Of a stretch of 64,000 nt of DNA, positions 47,445 through 56,866 are shown piece by piece. Numbering within the stretch: position 1 is the stretch's first letter; every line of letters starts with the position of its first letter. This DNA is from a virus: the IMG/VR virus record IMGVR_UViG_3300029690_000340; one strand, written 5' to 3'. The notes below the pieces were generated by a model. That model did not search any database. It was not told where the DNA came from and worked only from the letters and a program-made list of their open reading frames with translations. Both the position numbers and the translations under genes were made by a program.

Positions 47445-48566
47445 GTGGTTGACATCACGAATACCAGTAATTTAGCCGCTGACCGTGCGCTTGCCTATGA
47501 AGCCATTGAAAGGCAGCCTGAAACAGAAGAAATCGCAGCTTCGAATGAACAGGAGGCCGAAGCGAAGCAACCGGGAAATATCGGCGACCATGTGGCGATG
47601 TATCTCAGCCAAATTGGCAGCATCCCCATTATGCCGCAGGTGGAAGCGAATCGCTGCATTGAAAAAGTGCAGAAGGGGAATGCCGCTGCCGAACAGCTCG
47701 AAACGCTGCGGGTGATTGCCGAGGAGAGCGGGAATGCAGTTGACCCCGAAATCAAGAAAGACCTGATGAAGGCCATAGAAGCAGGAAGATGGGCGAAAGA
47801 TAAGGTTGTTGAGGGCAATCTTCGGCTTGTTGTGTCCATCGCAAAGAAATATATAAACTCAGCCGATTCTATGGTGTTCATGGACCTCATTCAGGAGGGC
47901 AACATTGGCCTCATGCGTTCCATCGACTCTTTTGACATTTCGAGGAATGTGAAGTTTTCCACCTACGCAACCTTCTGGATAAGGCAAAACATCACAAGAG
48001 CGCTTGCCACGACGGACCCAGCCATTCGCAAGCCCATCTATGTTGCGGAGGGCAGGCGGAGCGTCAATAATGCAAAAGAACAAATGCAACAAAAAGGCTT
48101 ACCTTGTGATGACCCTTTAGAAATCGCAAAATACATGGAGGGGGATGCGTGGGATTCCCTTTCAAAAAGGGAGCAGCAGAAAAAACTGCGCATCATCCAA
48201 CACTCGCTCCAGTACCGGAAGCCGGACTCGTTGGATGCGCCCGTCAATTCGGACGCCGCAAGCGATTCCAACACACCGCTTTCGGAATTCATCCCAAGCC
48301 ATAACGAGTGGGATAACCCGGAAATTTCAACGTCAGGGAAGGCACTATGGGAAACGATGGACAAAATCCTGCACGATATGCCCGCACGAGACGCCTGTGT
48401 GCTTCGCTTACGATTCGGATTGGAGGATGGTTGTGCTTATACCCTCAAAGAAATCGGGGACGAAATGGACTTAACGCGAGAGCGTGTCCGTCAGGTTACA
48501 GATAAAACACTCGATAAGCTACGCAACGGAAAGGCAGGGAAGATGCTTCAGGACTTTCTTGAATAA
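47445..48566 (+). CDS. sigma-70-family RNA polymerase sigma factor (RpoD/SigA-like group)
   Basis: Region 1.2 DHVAMYLSQIG. Region 2 GNLRLVVSIAKKYINSADSMVFMDLIQEGNIGLMRSIDSFDISRNVKFSTYATFWIRQNITRAL. Region 4 YTLKEIGDEMDLTRERVRQV. Start uncertain (GTG 47445 or nearby). Confidence 0.75.
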   Translation: MVDITNTSNLAADRALAYEAIERQPETEEIAASNEQEAEAKQPGNIGDHVAMYLSQIGSIPIMPQVEANRCIEKVQKGNAAAEQLETLRVIAEESGNAVDPEIKKDLMKAIEAGRWAKDKVVEGNLRLVVSIAKKYINSADSMVFMDLIQEGNIGLMRSIDSFDISRNVKFSTYATFWIRQNITRALATTDPAIRKPIYVAEGRRSVNNAKEQMQQKGLPCDDPLEIAKYMEGDAWDSLSKREQQKKLRIIQHSLQYRKPDSLDAPVNSDAASDSNTPLSEFIPSHNEWDNPEISTSGKALWETMDKILHDMPARDACVLRLRFGLEDGCAYTLKEIGDEMDLTRERVRQVTDKTLDKLRNGKAGKMLQDFLE

Positions 48567-48568
48567 GA

Positions 48569-48597
48569 AACGCCGCCCAGATGGGCGGCGTTTTTTT
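48569..48597 (+). terminator. rho-independent terminator
   Basis: ACGCCGCCCAGATGGGCGGCGT + TTTTTTT. Confidence 0.7.
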
Positions 48598-48674
48598 GCT
48601 ATTCTCCGTTTCTTAAATCCAATCGAGCAGTTCCGCCAGCGTGAAGCGGACATTGCGCGTGACGATATGTATTC

Positions 48675-48841
48675 TTCGGTTCTCAGGTTCCCAACATTAA
48701 AATAGGCGTGTTTCCATATTTGCCGGTATGCTCAGAGCATACAAAGGAAGTATCTCAAACACAAAGAAAGTTCAGTCAGCGTCCGTTGCGGATGCTGGCT
48801 TTTATATATAAAAAATTCATAAACAAAAAGGAGAAATGAAC
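48675..48841. repeat. repeated intergenic regulatory cassette, copy 3 of 6
   Basis: Core identical to the other copies. Hairpin CAGCGTCCGTTGCGGATGCTG (48777-48797) + GCTTTTATATAT. Confidence 0.6.
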
Positions 48842-49207
48842 ATGAAAGCAATGATGTTTAAGAGGGGTTTCGGTGACGAAACAAAGTGGAAAGAGGTCTG
48901 CGCGGAGCTTGGGCTGCCGGAAGATACGGAGCAGGTTGAGTTGTCCGTATCCGCAACAAAGGTCCGTACCAGCCAAAACCGCAGTTGGGAAGCGACCGAC
49001 GAGGAGATGTCCCGAATTTGGGAACGCCTCGGCTCGTATTTCTTGCGCTGCGAGAGCATCTCCAGAACGAACATTCGCGTTTTCTGTGGCGGCGGAGATT
49101 CCTTTTCCGTTGTTCGCGGCACAACGCAGCCTGGATTCGTCGAGGTGGATGGACGGCTGATGGACTATGAAGCCTTTGAAGCATGGCTGTACCAGATGGC
49201 AGCTTGA
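48842..49207 (+). CDS. hypothetical protein
   Basis: ATG 9 nt after the cassette RBS AAAAGGAG. Confidence 0.4.
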   Translation: MKAMMFKRGFGDETKWKEVCAELGLPEDTEQVELSVSATKVRTSQNRSWEATDEEMSRIWERLGSYFLRCESISRTNIRVFCGGGDSFSVVRGTTQPGFVEVDGRLMDYEAFEAWLYQMAA

Positions 49208-49220
49208 GAAAGGAGAAAAC

Positions 49221-49634
49221 ATGAACGCACAGGAAAAAATCGACCAGCTTATGCAAGCCGAGATGGAGCATATCCGTTCCGTCGGCGGCATTTTGAATCT
49301 GCCGGAGGCCGACAGTGTTCTGAACGACCTGAACCGAGAAAAGCTGAAGGCTCTGAAGGAACTGCACGGACATCTCTACCTCGGACGCATCAACATCCAC
49401 GATACAGCCAAGCGGATTCGTATTGTGGAAGGAACCGAAGATGTGTACGAGGAAATGCTGGACCAGCCCCTATACAACTTCTGCTGTGATTTTGCCGTGC
49501 CCGTCAAGGATAAAACCTTGTCGGATTTGATTCGTGCTTGGAACGCAAGATTCGCGATTCCCGGTATGAAGGACGCGCAGAAAATCACAGAGCGTGTGGA
49601 GCAGGTTGGCGGCATAAATTTGATGTGGACTTAA
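49221..49634 (+). CDS. hypothetical protein
   Basis: RBS GAAAGGAGAAAAC + ATG. In frame with listed ORF 49167..49634. Confidence 0.4.
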   Translation: MNAQEKIDQLMQAEMEHIRSVGGILNLPEADSVLNDLNREKLKALKELHGHLYLGRINIHDTAKRIRIVEGTEDVYEEMLDQPLYNFCCDFAVPVKDKTLSDLIRAWNARFAIPGMKDAQKITERVEQVGGINLMWT

Positions 49635-49651
49635 AAAAGGAGAAATGAAAC

Positions 49652-50647
49652 ATGAATAATAGAATCATGCCGAAGTGGAGCGAAGTAAAGGATGTCAATG
49701 GCATCAACCTTCACCTGTTCGACGCCGTACAGGTCATCACCTCCGGCAACAAGCGCCATAACCAGACGGGCAGAATCATGGCCCTTCTGAAGACCAAGCC
49801 TTACCTCCAGATGGTAGAGGTGCTGTTTCAGGACGAGAAGCGGTCAAATTTCCTTACGTCATCTCTTCGTCTCGTTGAAAGCTCAGAGGAAGAGAAGGGA
49901 AAGTCACTGGCAAAAATCGACTCCCTGAAGCTCATGGGAGCAGAAATCACCGACTCTGATTTCTGCGTTGACCGTTATAATAACGATGCTTTCCTATTTG
50001 ACGATGAAACGCAGACGTGGAACGTCATGCTGGAAGGCATTTCCGATGTGGACCGACTATTCGGAACCTTTTTTGAAACGGAGCAGAACGATTCCTACTG
50101 TAACATCTATGCGGATGTAGACGAATACTGCACCAAGCTCGCAAAGCCATACCTCACGGTATCTCTGTGGCTCGGTGATGTCTGTGTAGAGGCAGTGCGC
50201 CCCTTATCAAAGGACGAGCAGGAAGCAGTGCTTCGCATCATCCGTCCTACCTACGAGAAGATGGACTACAAGAAGCTCCTGAAGGAGTGGGATGCGGAAG
50301 AGCAGAAATATGTGAACAGCATCATGCTGGAAGACGGCGATGGCTGCTACGAGTACAAATTCGCTGCCGATACCATTGAGGCCGCTAAGGCTGGCTTCAA
50401 TGAGGTCATCTGGATGGCGATTGAGCTGAAGCAGTACCGTTCCGGTCAGGATTTCAGCGTCAACTCCTTTATCGAGGACGGTGACGGCAAGTATGTCGAG
50501 TCCGACAGGGAAGGCCACATCGTCATCAATCGCGTCGTCACAACGCAGGAACCCAGCAAGTATATCAACTGGGAGATGGCTGGCACGCTGCCATTCATCT
50601 ATACGGTGGACCGCGAGAAGAGCGAGTGGAAGCTCCACGCGACTTAA
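49652..50647 (+). CDS. hypothetical protein
   Basis: RBS AAAAGGAGAAATG. Confidence 0.4.
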   Translation: MNNRIMPKWSEVKDVNGINLHLFDAVQVITSGNKRHNQTGRIMALLKTKPYLQMVEVLFQDEKRSNFLTSSLRLVESSEEEKGKSLAKIDSLKLMGAEITDSDFCVDRYNNDAFLFDDETQTWNVMLEGISDVDRLFGTFFETEQNDSYCNIYADVDEYCTKLAKPYLTVSLWLGDVCVEAVRPLSKDEQEAVLRIIRPTYEKMDYKKLLKEWDAEEQKYVNSIMLEDGDGCYEYKFAADTIEAAKAGFNEVIWMAIELKQYRSGQDFSVNSFIEDGDGKYVESDREGHIVINRVVTTQEPSKYINWEMAGTLPFIYTVDREKSEWKLHAT

Positions 50648-50653
50648 CAACTG

Positions 50654-50690
50654 AAGCGCCGGTGGATGAAAATATCCGCCGGCGCTTTTT
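50654..50690 (+). terminator. rho-independent terminator
   Basis: AAGCGCCGGTGGATGAAAATATCCGCCGGCGCTT + TTTCC. Confidence 0.65.
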
Positions 50691-50699
50691 CCATGTTTT

Positions 50700-50885
50700 G
50701 CCACAATCGAGTTCTCATATTCTTAGGTTCTCCATCAGGAAATAGGTGATTTTTTCTCTTCTGCCGGTATGCTGAAATCATACAAAAGAAGTATCTCAAA
50801 CACAAAGAAAGTTCAGTCAGCGTCCGTTGCGGATGCTGGCTTTTATATATAAAAATTTCATAAACAAAAAGGAGAAACGAAAAAA
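50700..50885. repeat. repeated intergenic regulatory cassette, copy 4 of 6
   Basis: Same core and hairpin as copy 3. Upstream GTTCTCATATTCTTAGGTTCTCC motif. Confidence 0.6.
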
Positions 50886-51584
50886 ATGAAGAACAAGGCA
50901 TATCTCTTACCAGCGTGCAAGACTGCTGACGGCGTTCCCATCGGCATTGGCTCCGAGGTGTACGCAATCACCTTTAAGCAGAAAGTCAACAAATACGGTC
51001 GGCTGTATCGTCCGTCCACGAGAGAGTTGGCGGTCGTAAAAGTAACGGTGTCTACTGTGACCTTCTCCGAATTTGTGGAACCCGGTTGGTTTGGCTGGAC
51101 GGGCGTTGCCTATTCGGGAATGACCGAAGTCGAATGCTCTGATGGTAAAACGAAGACGTTTTCCTACTTGCCCGGTATCGAGGTCAGCCAGTACACCATC
51201 TTCGCATCCGAGGACGCCGCAAAGGCCGCCTTGGAGAAGGCGGAGGCGGGCGGCGGTCTCTATACGAGAGCCGGATTCCCGTTGATGCCTTCTTGGCAGA
51301 TTGGCGAGGTACGGGCAGCTCTGGAGAAAGCTGAGCAGAGCACTGAGGAAGAGCCTTCCATCGTTCGCAACATCCCTTATGTCTCCGTTTGGGACGGCGG
51401 AAATTGCATTGCGGCGACAAAGGCAGACGTCTGTCTGGACACAAAGCAGGTATTCAACATTCAGACCATTGACGTTGGAGATTCTGTCAATGTTCTGAAC
51501 CATGAGTACATCGTGCTGCACGGAACAGAGTATACCGTTTTCCCGAAGGGCGAAGCGAAAGACGGCGCATACTGGCGTGACTGA
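50886..51584 (+). CDS. hypothetical protein
   Basis: RBS AAAAAGGAGAAACG. Confidence 0.4.
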   Translation: MKNKAYLLPACKTADGVPIGIGSEVYAITFKQKVNKYGRLYRPSTRELAVVKVTVSTVTFSEFVEPGWFGWTGVAYSGMTEVECSDGKTKTFSYLPGIEVSQYTIFASEDAAKAALEKAEAGGGLYTRAGFPLMPSWQIGEVRAALEKAEQSTEEEPSIVRNIPYVSVWDGGNCIAATKADVCLDTKQVFNIQTIDVGDSVNVLNHEYIVLHGTEYTVFPKGEAKDGAYWRD

Positions 51585-51608
51585 CAAAAAAGAAGGAGAA
51601 TGAGAATT

Positions 51609-52274
51609 ATGACTAATATTAGTGAGAAAACCACCGGTTCCTGCAAAGACCGCGAGTATATCGTGACAGAGGTCTGCCCGCATTGCGAAGCAGAGGTCGA
51701 GATGCGATGGAATGTGGCCGCAGACGGCTACAAGGCGTTCTGCCCTCATTGCGGCAATCGGCTGATGCTCTGCGACGCCTGCCAGCATCCGGAGGGCAAG
51801 TGCGTGGAGAACTGCGATTACAACTCCGAGACCGATACCTGCCGTCATAATCAGCCTGCACAGGAGCTGAAGGTCGGCGATGTTTGTGCCTATGGCTTTG
51901 GGACGGAGAACGCTTCCCGTGCCACGGTCAAAATCGTCAAAATGCTTCCGGATTCCAACGGTGCCGCTGTGATGTTCTTGAGCGTTGAGAAGGACGATAC
52001 CGGAAACGGTATGTTCAACTACCTGCTCAAAACCGGAAATACCATGAACGCCAGCTTGAAATACCTGACGAAGATTGAGTGCAGTTCCGACCAGGAGCGG
52101 GATAACTACGCCGAACTGGAGAAGCTGTGTACGGAATGCGACGCGGAGTTCTGCGTCTTCAATCCGCATGGCATCTGCAAGCTGCCCTTCGTCACCGGAA
52201 AGGCTCCGAGACTGGGCGATGACGGCTGCCAGGACTACGCTATGAAGGATTTCATGATGAAGGAGGATTGCTGA
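51609..52274 (+). CDS. Cys-rich hypothetical protein
   Basis: RBS GAAGGAGAATG. Multiple CxxC pairs (CPHCEAEV, CPHCGNRL, CDACQHPEGKC, CTECDAEFC). Confidence 0.4.
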   Translation: MTNISEKTTGSCKDREYIVTEVCPHCEAEVEMRWNVAADGYKAFCPHCGNRLMLCDACQHPEGKCVENCDYNSETDTCRHNQPAQELKVGDVCAYGFGTENASRATVKIVKMLPDSNGAAVMFLSVEKDDTGNGMFNYLLKTGNTMNASLKYLTKIECSSDQERDNYAELEKLCTECDAEFCVFNPHGICKLPFVTGKAPRLGDDGCQDYAMKDFMMKEDC

Positions 52275-52275
52275 T

Positions 52276-52680
52276 ATGCAGAAGACTTGTCTCAACTGCA
52301 CTCATGTGGGCGTGTGCTCCAAGCGGATGCAGTTCATCGTGAACAACTATCTCGTCAAAAGACACTACGACGAGATTGAGAATGTCAGCAAAACGCTCGA
52401 TATCTCCGTGAACTGCGACAGCTATGCAGAAAAGGATTTCTTTTCGTTCATCTGTGCGCGGGTTCGCGACTATTCCGATGGCGAAGTCTGGAGCGATGGG
52501 GACCAGATTCTGTGCAAGACAGAATCTGCCGCGAACGCGCTGTGCGACCTCCTGTGGCAGCTTTACAACGAACGAGGGGAGGCCTTTGACCTCCACACCG
52601 GCTACTACGACCACAAGGAGGACGAAAGAAATCACGAAGAAGACAGATACACCGGCTGGTGGTATGTGTCCGCCGACTGA
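52276..52680 (+). CDS. hypothetical protein
   Basis: Start 2 nt after the previous stop. Confidence 0.35.
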   Translation: MQKTCLNCTHVGVCSKRMQFIVNNYLVKRHYDEIENVSKTLDISVNCDSYAEKDFFSFICARVRDYSDGEVWSDGDQILCKTESAANALCDLLWQLYNERGEAFDLHTGYYDHKEDERNHEEDRYTGWWYVSAD

Positions 52681-52691
52681 AAGGAGAAGTA

Positions 52692-52895
52692 ATGAAAATC
52701 CGCAATATCCTTTGGGATACCGATGGCGGCAGGGAGGCTCTTGCCTCCCTGCCGAAGGAAGTCGAGCTGCCGAGTAGATTCGACCAGTCCCATTTTGCAA
52801 GTAGGGAAGAATGGCTCGACACGATTTCCAACTGGCTGTCCGACGAGTTTGGATTCTGTCATTTGGGGTTCGATGTCGGTGATGACGACATCTGA
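52692..52895 (+). CDS. small hypothetical protein (68 aa)
   Basis: RBS GAAAGGAGAAG + ATG. Confidence 0.3.
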   Translation: MKIRNILWDTDGGREALASLPKEVELPSRFDQSHFASREEWLDTISNWLSDEFGFCHLGFDVGDDDI

Positions 52896-52933
52896 GAATC
52901 TACGATTTTTTAACAATAAGGAGAAATGAAAAA

Positions 52934-53851
52934 ATGGGAAAAGGTAATGTTTGTGTGAGCGGTCCGTATGAGGGCCTGTTCTATATCGACAACGACTATA
53001 CCACAGTGCTTCGCCGCGAGGATGACTGTGAGGATACCATCCTCCGGAAAGACCTCAGCGCCAAGGATTTGTCCGGCAGCGACTGGCTCTTCGATGACGA
53101 AGGCAGTGCGAACGAGCTGGAGGATGTGCTGGAGTGCTTTGTGGAGAACTTCACGCACAGGTATCCCAGCTTTGCGCGTGTCAAGCAGGACAAGTGGCTT
53201 GGCCGCAATGTGCGCGTCATCCTCGAAAGCAGCCTGTTTTACATCGGCATTGAGGACAGCGACTGGGCCTATGCCGTGGAACTGCTTCAGAAGGATAACC
53301 CCTGTTCGGAGGGTTTCCAGAGGAAGCACTACAAGGCGTACCTTGACGGCATGAAAGCAGCCCTGCTGGAGCGCCTGCCAAGCATCGGCACCTACACGGG
53401 GCCGTGGACGCATGGCACCATCCGCAGGGAGCCTGTCAAGGACAACGACCTCCTCGCCGAGGCCGGCGACCGCATCGACAACGCAGTGTTCGACTTCATC
53501 TGCGCGGTTGTCACAGGCCACAGCGTAAACGGGGAAGCGCCGAAAGAGGCTCTTCTTGCAGCTGTGAATGAGCTTTCCGTGGAACACGTCAACGCGCTTC
53601 CGGAGGGCCTCCTGTCTGACGCTACGGACGAGGCGAAGGAAGCCGCCGGCGAACACTCCTTACAGGAGGATGCCGACGACGGGCTTCCGCTTCGCTGGGA
53701 TATGGCCGCCATTGGTCCTGTGGCCGACTATCTGGAAACCGCGCTTTCCGCACGGTTCCGCATCAATACCTGCCACCCCTGGCAGGATGATACCGAGTGC
53801 ATCTGCTACGCGACAGACGAGCGCTGCCCGTACTGCACCCACAAAATTTGA
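52934..53851 (+). CDS. hypothetical protein
   Basis: RBS AAGGAGAAATG. Confidence 0.4.
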   Translation: MGKGNVCVSGPYEGLFYIDNDYTTVLRREDDCEDTILRKDLSAKDLSGSDWLFDDEGSANELEDVLECFVENFTHRYPSFARVKQDKWLGRNVRVILESSLFYIGIEDSDWAYAVELLQKDNPCSEGFQRKHYKAYLDGMKAALLERLPSIGTYTGPWTHGTIRREPVKDNDLLAEAGDRIDNAVFDFICAVVTGHSVNGEAPKEALLAAVNELSVEHVNALPEGLLSDATDEAKEAAGEHSLQEDADDGLPLRWDMAAIGPVADYLETALSARFRINTCHPWQDDTECICYATDERCPYCTHKI

Positions 53852-53856
53852 TAAAA

Positions 53857-53888
53857 AAGCGCCGCCCGTAATGGACGGCGCTTTTTCT
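53857..53888 (+). terminator. rho-independent terminator
   Basis: AAAGCGCCGCCCGTAATGGACGGCGCTTT + TTCTTT. Confidence 0.7.
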
Positions 53889-53894
53889 TTGCAG

Positions 53895-54072
53895 TTCTCC
53901 GGTTCTTCAGTTCTCAGGTTCCTGGAAGGTGAATGCGGCAATTTCCACTTCCGCCGGTATGCTGAGACCATACCAAAGAAGTATCACAAACAAAAAAGAA
54001 AGTTCAGTCAGCGCCCGCGTGGGTGCTGGCTTTTATATATCACATAACCATCACAAAAAAGGAGAAATGAAA
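53895..54072. repeat. repeated intergenic regulatory cassette, copy 5 of 6
   Basis: Core conserved. Hairpin arms changed in a compensatory way (CAGCGCCCGCGTGGGTGCTG). Confidence 0.6.
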
Positions 54073-54819
54073 ATGGAGATTTATGTAAATTACCTCGCCA
54101 TTGAGGTCACTCGTCGCTGCAACATGAAATGCGAACACTGCCTGCGCGGAGATGCGCAAAATCTTGACATCTCAACCGCAGTTCTGTCGGGCATCGCTAA
54201 GCATATCCACCCTGCTTCCGTCATTTTCACGGGCGGCGAGCCGTCTTTGAATGTTCCGGCCATCAAGCGGTACTTTGAGCTTGCGGAGCGTTATGACACG
54301 ATGCCGGCTGCTTTCTATGTCGCCACCAACGGAGCGACGTCGAAGGAGCAGATGCGCGACCTCGCGCTGACGCTGCTGGAATCGTATGCTAAGATGGAAG
54401 AGCAGGATATGTGCGAGGTCGATGTCTCTGTGGATATGTTCCACGAGGCGTTCCGCGACAATGACAACGCGAAAATTCTGAGCGGCTTGTCCTTCTTCGG
54501 CCAGGGTAAACAGCATTCGGTCAAGGATGACGATTTGAATTGGCTGTTAAATACCGGACGTGCCAACAAGAACGGCATCGGCGTAAGAGCACCGGAGGTG
54601 CTCAGGACCGACATGGACGAGCTGGTAACGGATTACTCCACAGAGTACAACAGCATTGCCTTCGATACGCTCTACATTGCCGCAAACGGTAATGTGGTAG
54701 ACGGCTGTGACAGCAGTTACGAGGATATCGACGACGAGGAGAACGTGATTTGCAAGGTCAACCAGCTTCAGAAGAAAGTGAAAGACTATGTGAAGAACGC
54801 CGATTCTCAAATCTCATAA
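54073..54819 (+). CDS. radical SAM domain protein (QueE/activase-like small radical SAM)
   Basis: CxxxCxxC cluster motif TRRCNMKCEHC near the N-terminus. Glycine-rich SAM motif VIFTGGEPSLN. 248 aa. Confidence 0.55.
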   Translation: MEIYVNYLAIEVTRRCNMKCEHCLRGDAQNLDISTAVLSGIAKHIHPASVIFTGGEPSLNVPAIKRYFELAERYDTMPAAFYVATNGATSKEQMRDLALTLLESYAKMEEQDMCEVDVSVDMFHEAFRDNDNAKILSGLSFFGQGKQHSVKDDDLNWLLNTGRANKNGIGVRAPEVLRTDMDELVTDYSTEYNSIAFDTLYIAANGNVVDGCDSSYEDIDDEENVICKVNQLQKKVKDYVKNADSQIS

Positions 54820-54831
54820 GGAGGGCTGAAG

Positions 54832-56262
54832 ATGTTTGGTTTAGACAATCTGTTTGCTCAGACATCCGCACAGAAATTCTACATTAGCAGAGACCGAATC
54901 GCGGAAATCCTGCGCGTCAGTCCTGATGCACTGGATGCCTTCGAGAAGGCTTATTCCAAAGCTGCGTTGCAGACTGAGCCAGAAAGCATTTTCGAGGTCA
55001 ATTCCAGGCAGGCAGCGGCGAAAAACGAGCGGCTCGGCGACGACAGCCCGGAAGAGCTGAAAGCTCTTACGGAACGCATCGTGAAGGAGCTTATCTGGCA
55101 GACGCTGACCTACACTTATGATGGGAAAACAGGCAAAATTGAAAAATCGCTTTCCAACGCACCGGAGAAAAATGCTCCTGTCACCAATCAGGACCTGCTG
55201 CGAATTCCCGCTTCGCTGCGACCGCAGCTGAGTGGGGAACTGATGAAGCGAGACCTTGACATCACCGCCTCAGCTGTGTTCCTGTTCTACTACGACAAGA
55301 TGCAGAACGGGAAGACGCCGAAGGACCGTCGGGATGCGTATAACCGCTTTCGGCAGGGACTGGACATCCTTGACCTTGATGCGCTGGCCTACCGCATCAT
55401 CGGGCAGAATCGCAACTCCACCGGACATTGGTTCCCGGAGCTTGTGAGTGCCTACCGGGATTCTGGATTCTTCCGGATTCCGGCAACGACGATAGCCAAG
55501 GTCCCCCTGACGCTCTTACAGCTGACTCGTCTGGACTATCACAGCCTAACACCTTCGACCATCCAAATCGTCGATAACTGGGCGCACGCTGTATTTCGCC
55601 TGAATGACGAGCGGGATTACTTCGTGAAAACCGGCACCTATTCATCGAAGTTCGACTTCCGGAATTGTCTGGTACACGGAGAAAAAGAGGTTCGAGAGCT
55701 TGGCGAGTATTTGCTCTACATCCACCATCAGGCGTTACAGATGGCCGGTCCCCTTAGTTTTCCCTGCATTTATGGGGTCTCAACGACAAATGAGTGGGTC
55801 GTGCGGGAATTCATTCCAGATAAAGAGGGAAATCCCTGTATCTATCATGGTTTGCCGCTTCATACGGAATATCGCGTATTTGTTGACTGTGACAGCGATG
55901 CTGTCATCGGTGTCTCTCCCTATTGGGAGCCGAAGACTATGCTCAATCGCTTTGGTTCATGCTCGGACGCAAACAGTCCGCATCAGATGCACGATTATGT
56001 GATTTTCAAAAGTCACGAAGCGACCTTGATGCGGCGCTACCATGAGAATGTCGATTCCGTGGTGGAACACATTCGGGAATTCCTGCCGGCGCTTGACCTG
56101 CAAGGCCAGTGGAGCATCGACGTGATGCAGAATGGTGACGATTTCTGGATTATCGACATGGCTGTGGCGGAAAATTCAGCGTTCTATGATTGCGTGCCGG
56201 AGAGTCTCCGCAGGCCATCTGCTGAAAACTGGATACCCGATATTCTGAAGCCCAACAACTGA
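54832..56262 (+). CDS. hypothetical protein, possible ATP-grasp-like fold
   Basis: RBS AAGGAGGG. C-terminal region (YRVFVDCDSDAVIGVSPYW ... FWIIDMAVAENSAFYD) resembles ATP-grasp C-domain patterns. Assignment tentative. Confidence 0.3.
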   Translation: MFGLDNLFAQTSAQKFYISRDRIAEILRVSPDALDAFEKAYSKAALQTEPESIFEVNSRQAAAKNERLGDDSPEELKALTERIVKELIWQTLTYTYDGKTGKIEKSLSNAPEKNAPVTNQDLLRIPASLRPQLSGELMKRDLDITASAVFLFYYDKMQNGKTPKDRRDAYNRFRQGLDILDLDALAYRIIGQNRNSTGHWFPELVSAYRDSGFFRIPATTIAKVPLTLLQLTRLDYHSLTPSTIQIVDNWAHAVFRLNDERDYFVKTGTYSSKFDFRNCLVHGEKEVRELGEYLLYIHHQALQMAGPLSFPCIYGVSTTNEWVVREFIPDKEGNPCIYHGLPLHTEYRVFVDCDSDAVIGVSPYWEPKTMLNRFGSCSDANSPHQMHDYVIFKSHEATLMRRYHENVDSVVEHIREFLPALDLQGQWSIDVMQNGDDFWIIDMAVAENSAFYDCVPESLRRPSAENWIPDILKPNN

Positions 56263-56290
56263 TTTTCTTGACTCGAAAGGAGACAGAAGC

Positions 56291-56836
56291 ATGAAATTGC
56301 TGAAAGACTACGAATCCTCCTCTCTCACCCTTAAACGGGTTCGGGAGGTCATCGACAGGGCACTGGACGAGCTGGAGTATGACTCCAGGTTCGACGTCAA
56401 TGTGGCTGCCGAGAACGCCTATTATTACTTGGCACACACCGCCTGTTGGGACGAGGACTTGGCCGCATTCCAGGCCCAGCTGGACAACGGCTGCGGTCCT
56501 GACGACGGTGCCGGGGAGCTGACCGCTTATGAGCGCGTCGAAATCCTGGCCGCACAGGTCGAACGACTCCTGAACGACAAGGAGACCTATGCGTACAGCA
56601 AGACCATCGACGAAGATGCCCTGCTGGACATTGTTGCCAAGACCCATCCAAGGCTGCTGGCTAAGCGGCCAGCCGATATGTCCGTTGAGGATTTCAAACA
56701 CCTCTGGACTATGGTAGTTTCTGCCTACATCGTGGGCGGACGCGACTATGCCGAGGACGAGTTCATCAACTATACGGATGCCATCGGCGCGACGCCAGAG
56801 GCCGTCGCTGCGGTTATCCGGGCGGGCAATGAATAA
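56291..56836 (+). CDS. hypothetical protein
   Basis: RBS GAAAGGAGACAG. Confidence 0.4.
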   Translation: MKLLKDYESSSLTLKRVREVIDRALDELEYDSRFDVNVAAENAYYYLAHTACWDEDLAAFQAQLDNGCGPDDGAGELTAYERVEILAAQVERLLNDKETYAYSKTIDEDALLDIVAKTHPRLLAKRPADMSVEDFKHLWTMVVSAYIVGGRDYAEDEFINYTDAIGATPEAVAAVIRAGNE

Positions 56837-56866
56837 GAAAAATACGGAACAAAGGAGAAATGAAAA

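Noticed and set aside
54073-54819. Radical SAM protein as QueE of a 7-deazaguanine DNA-modification cluster
   Set aside because: No QueC, QueD, FolE or DpdA-like genes are present in the window. The motif similarity is generic to small radical SAM enzymes.
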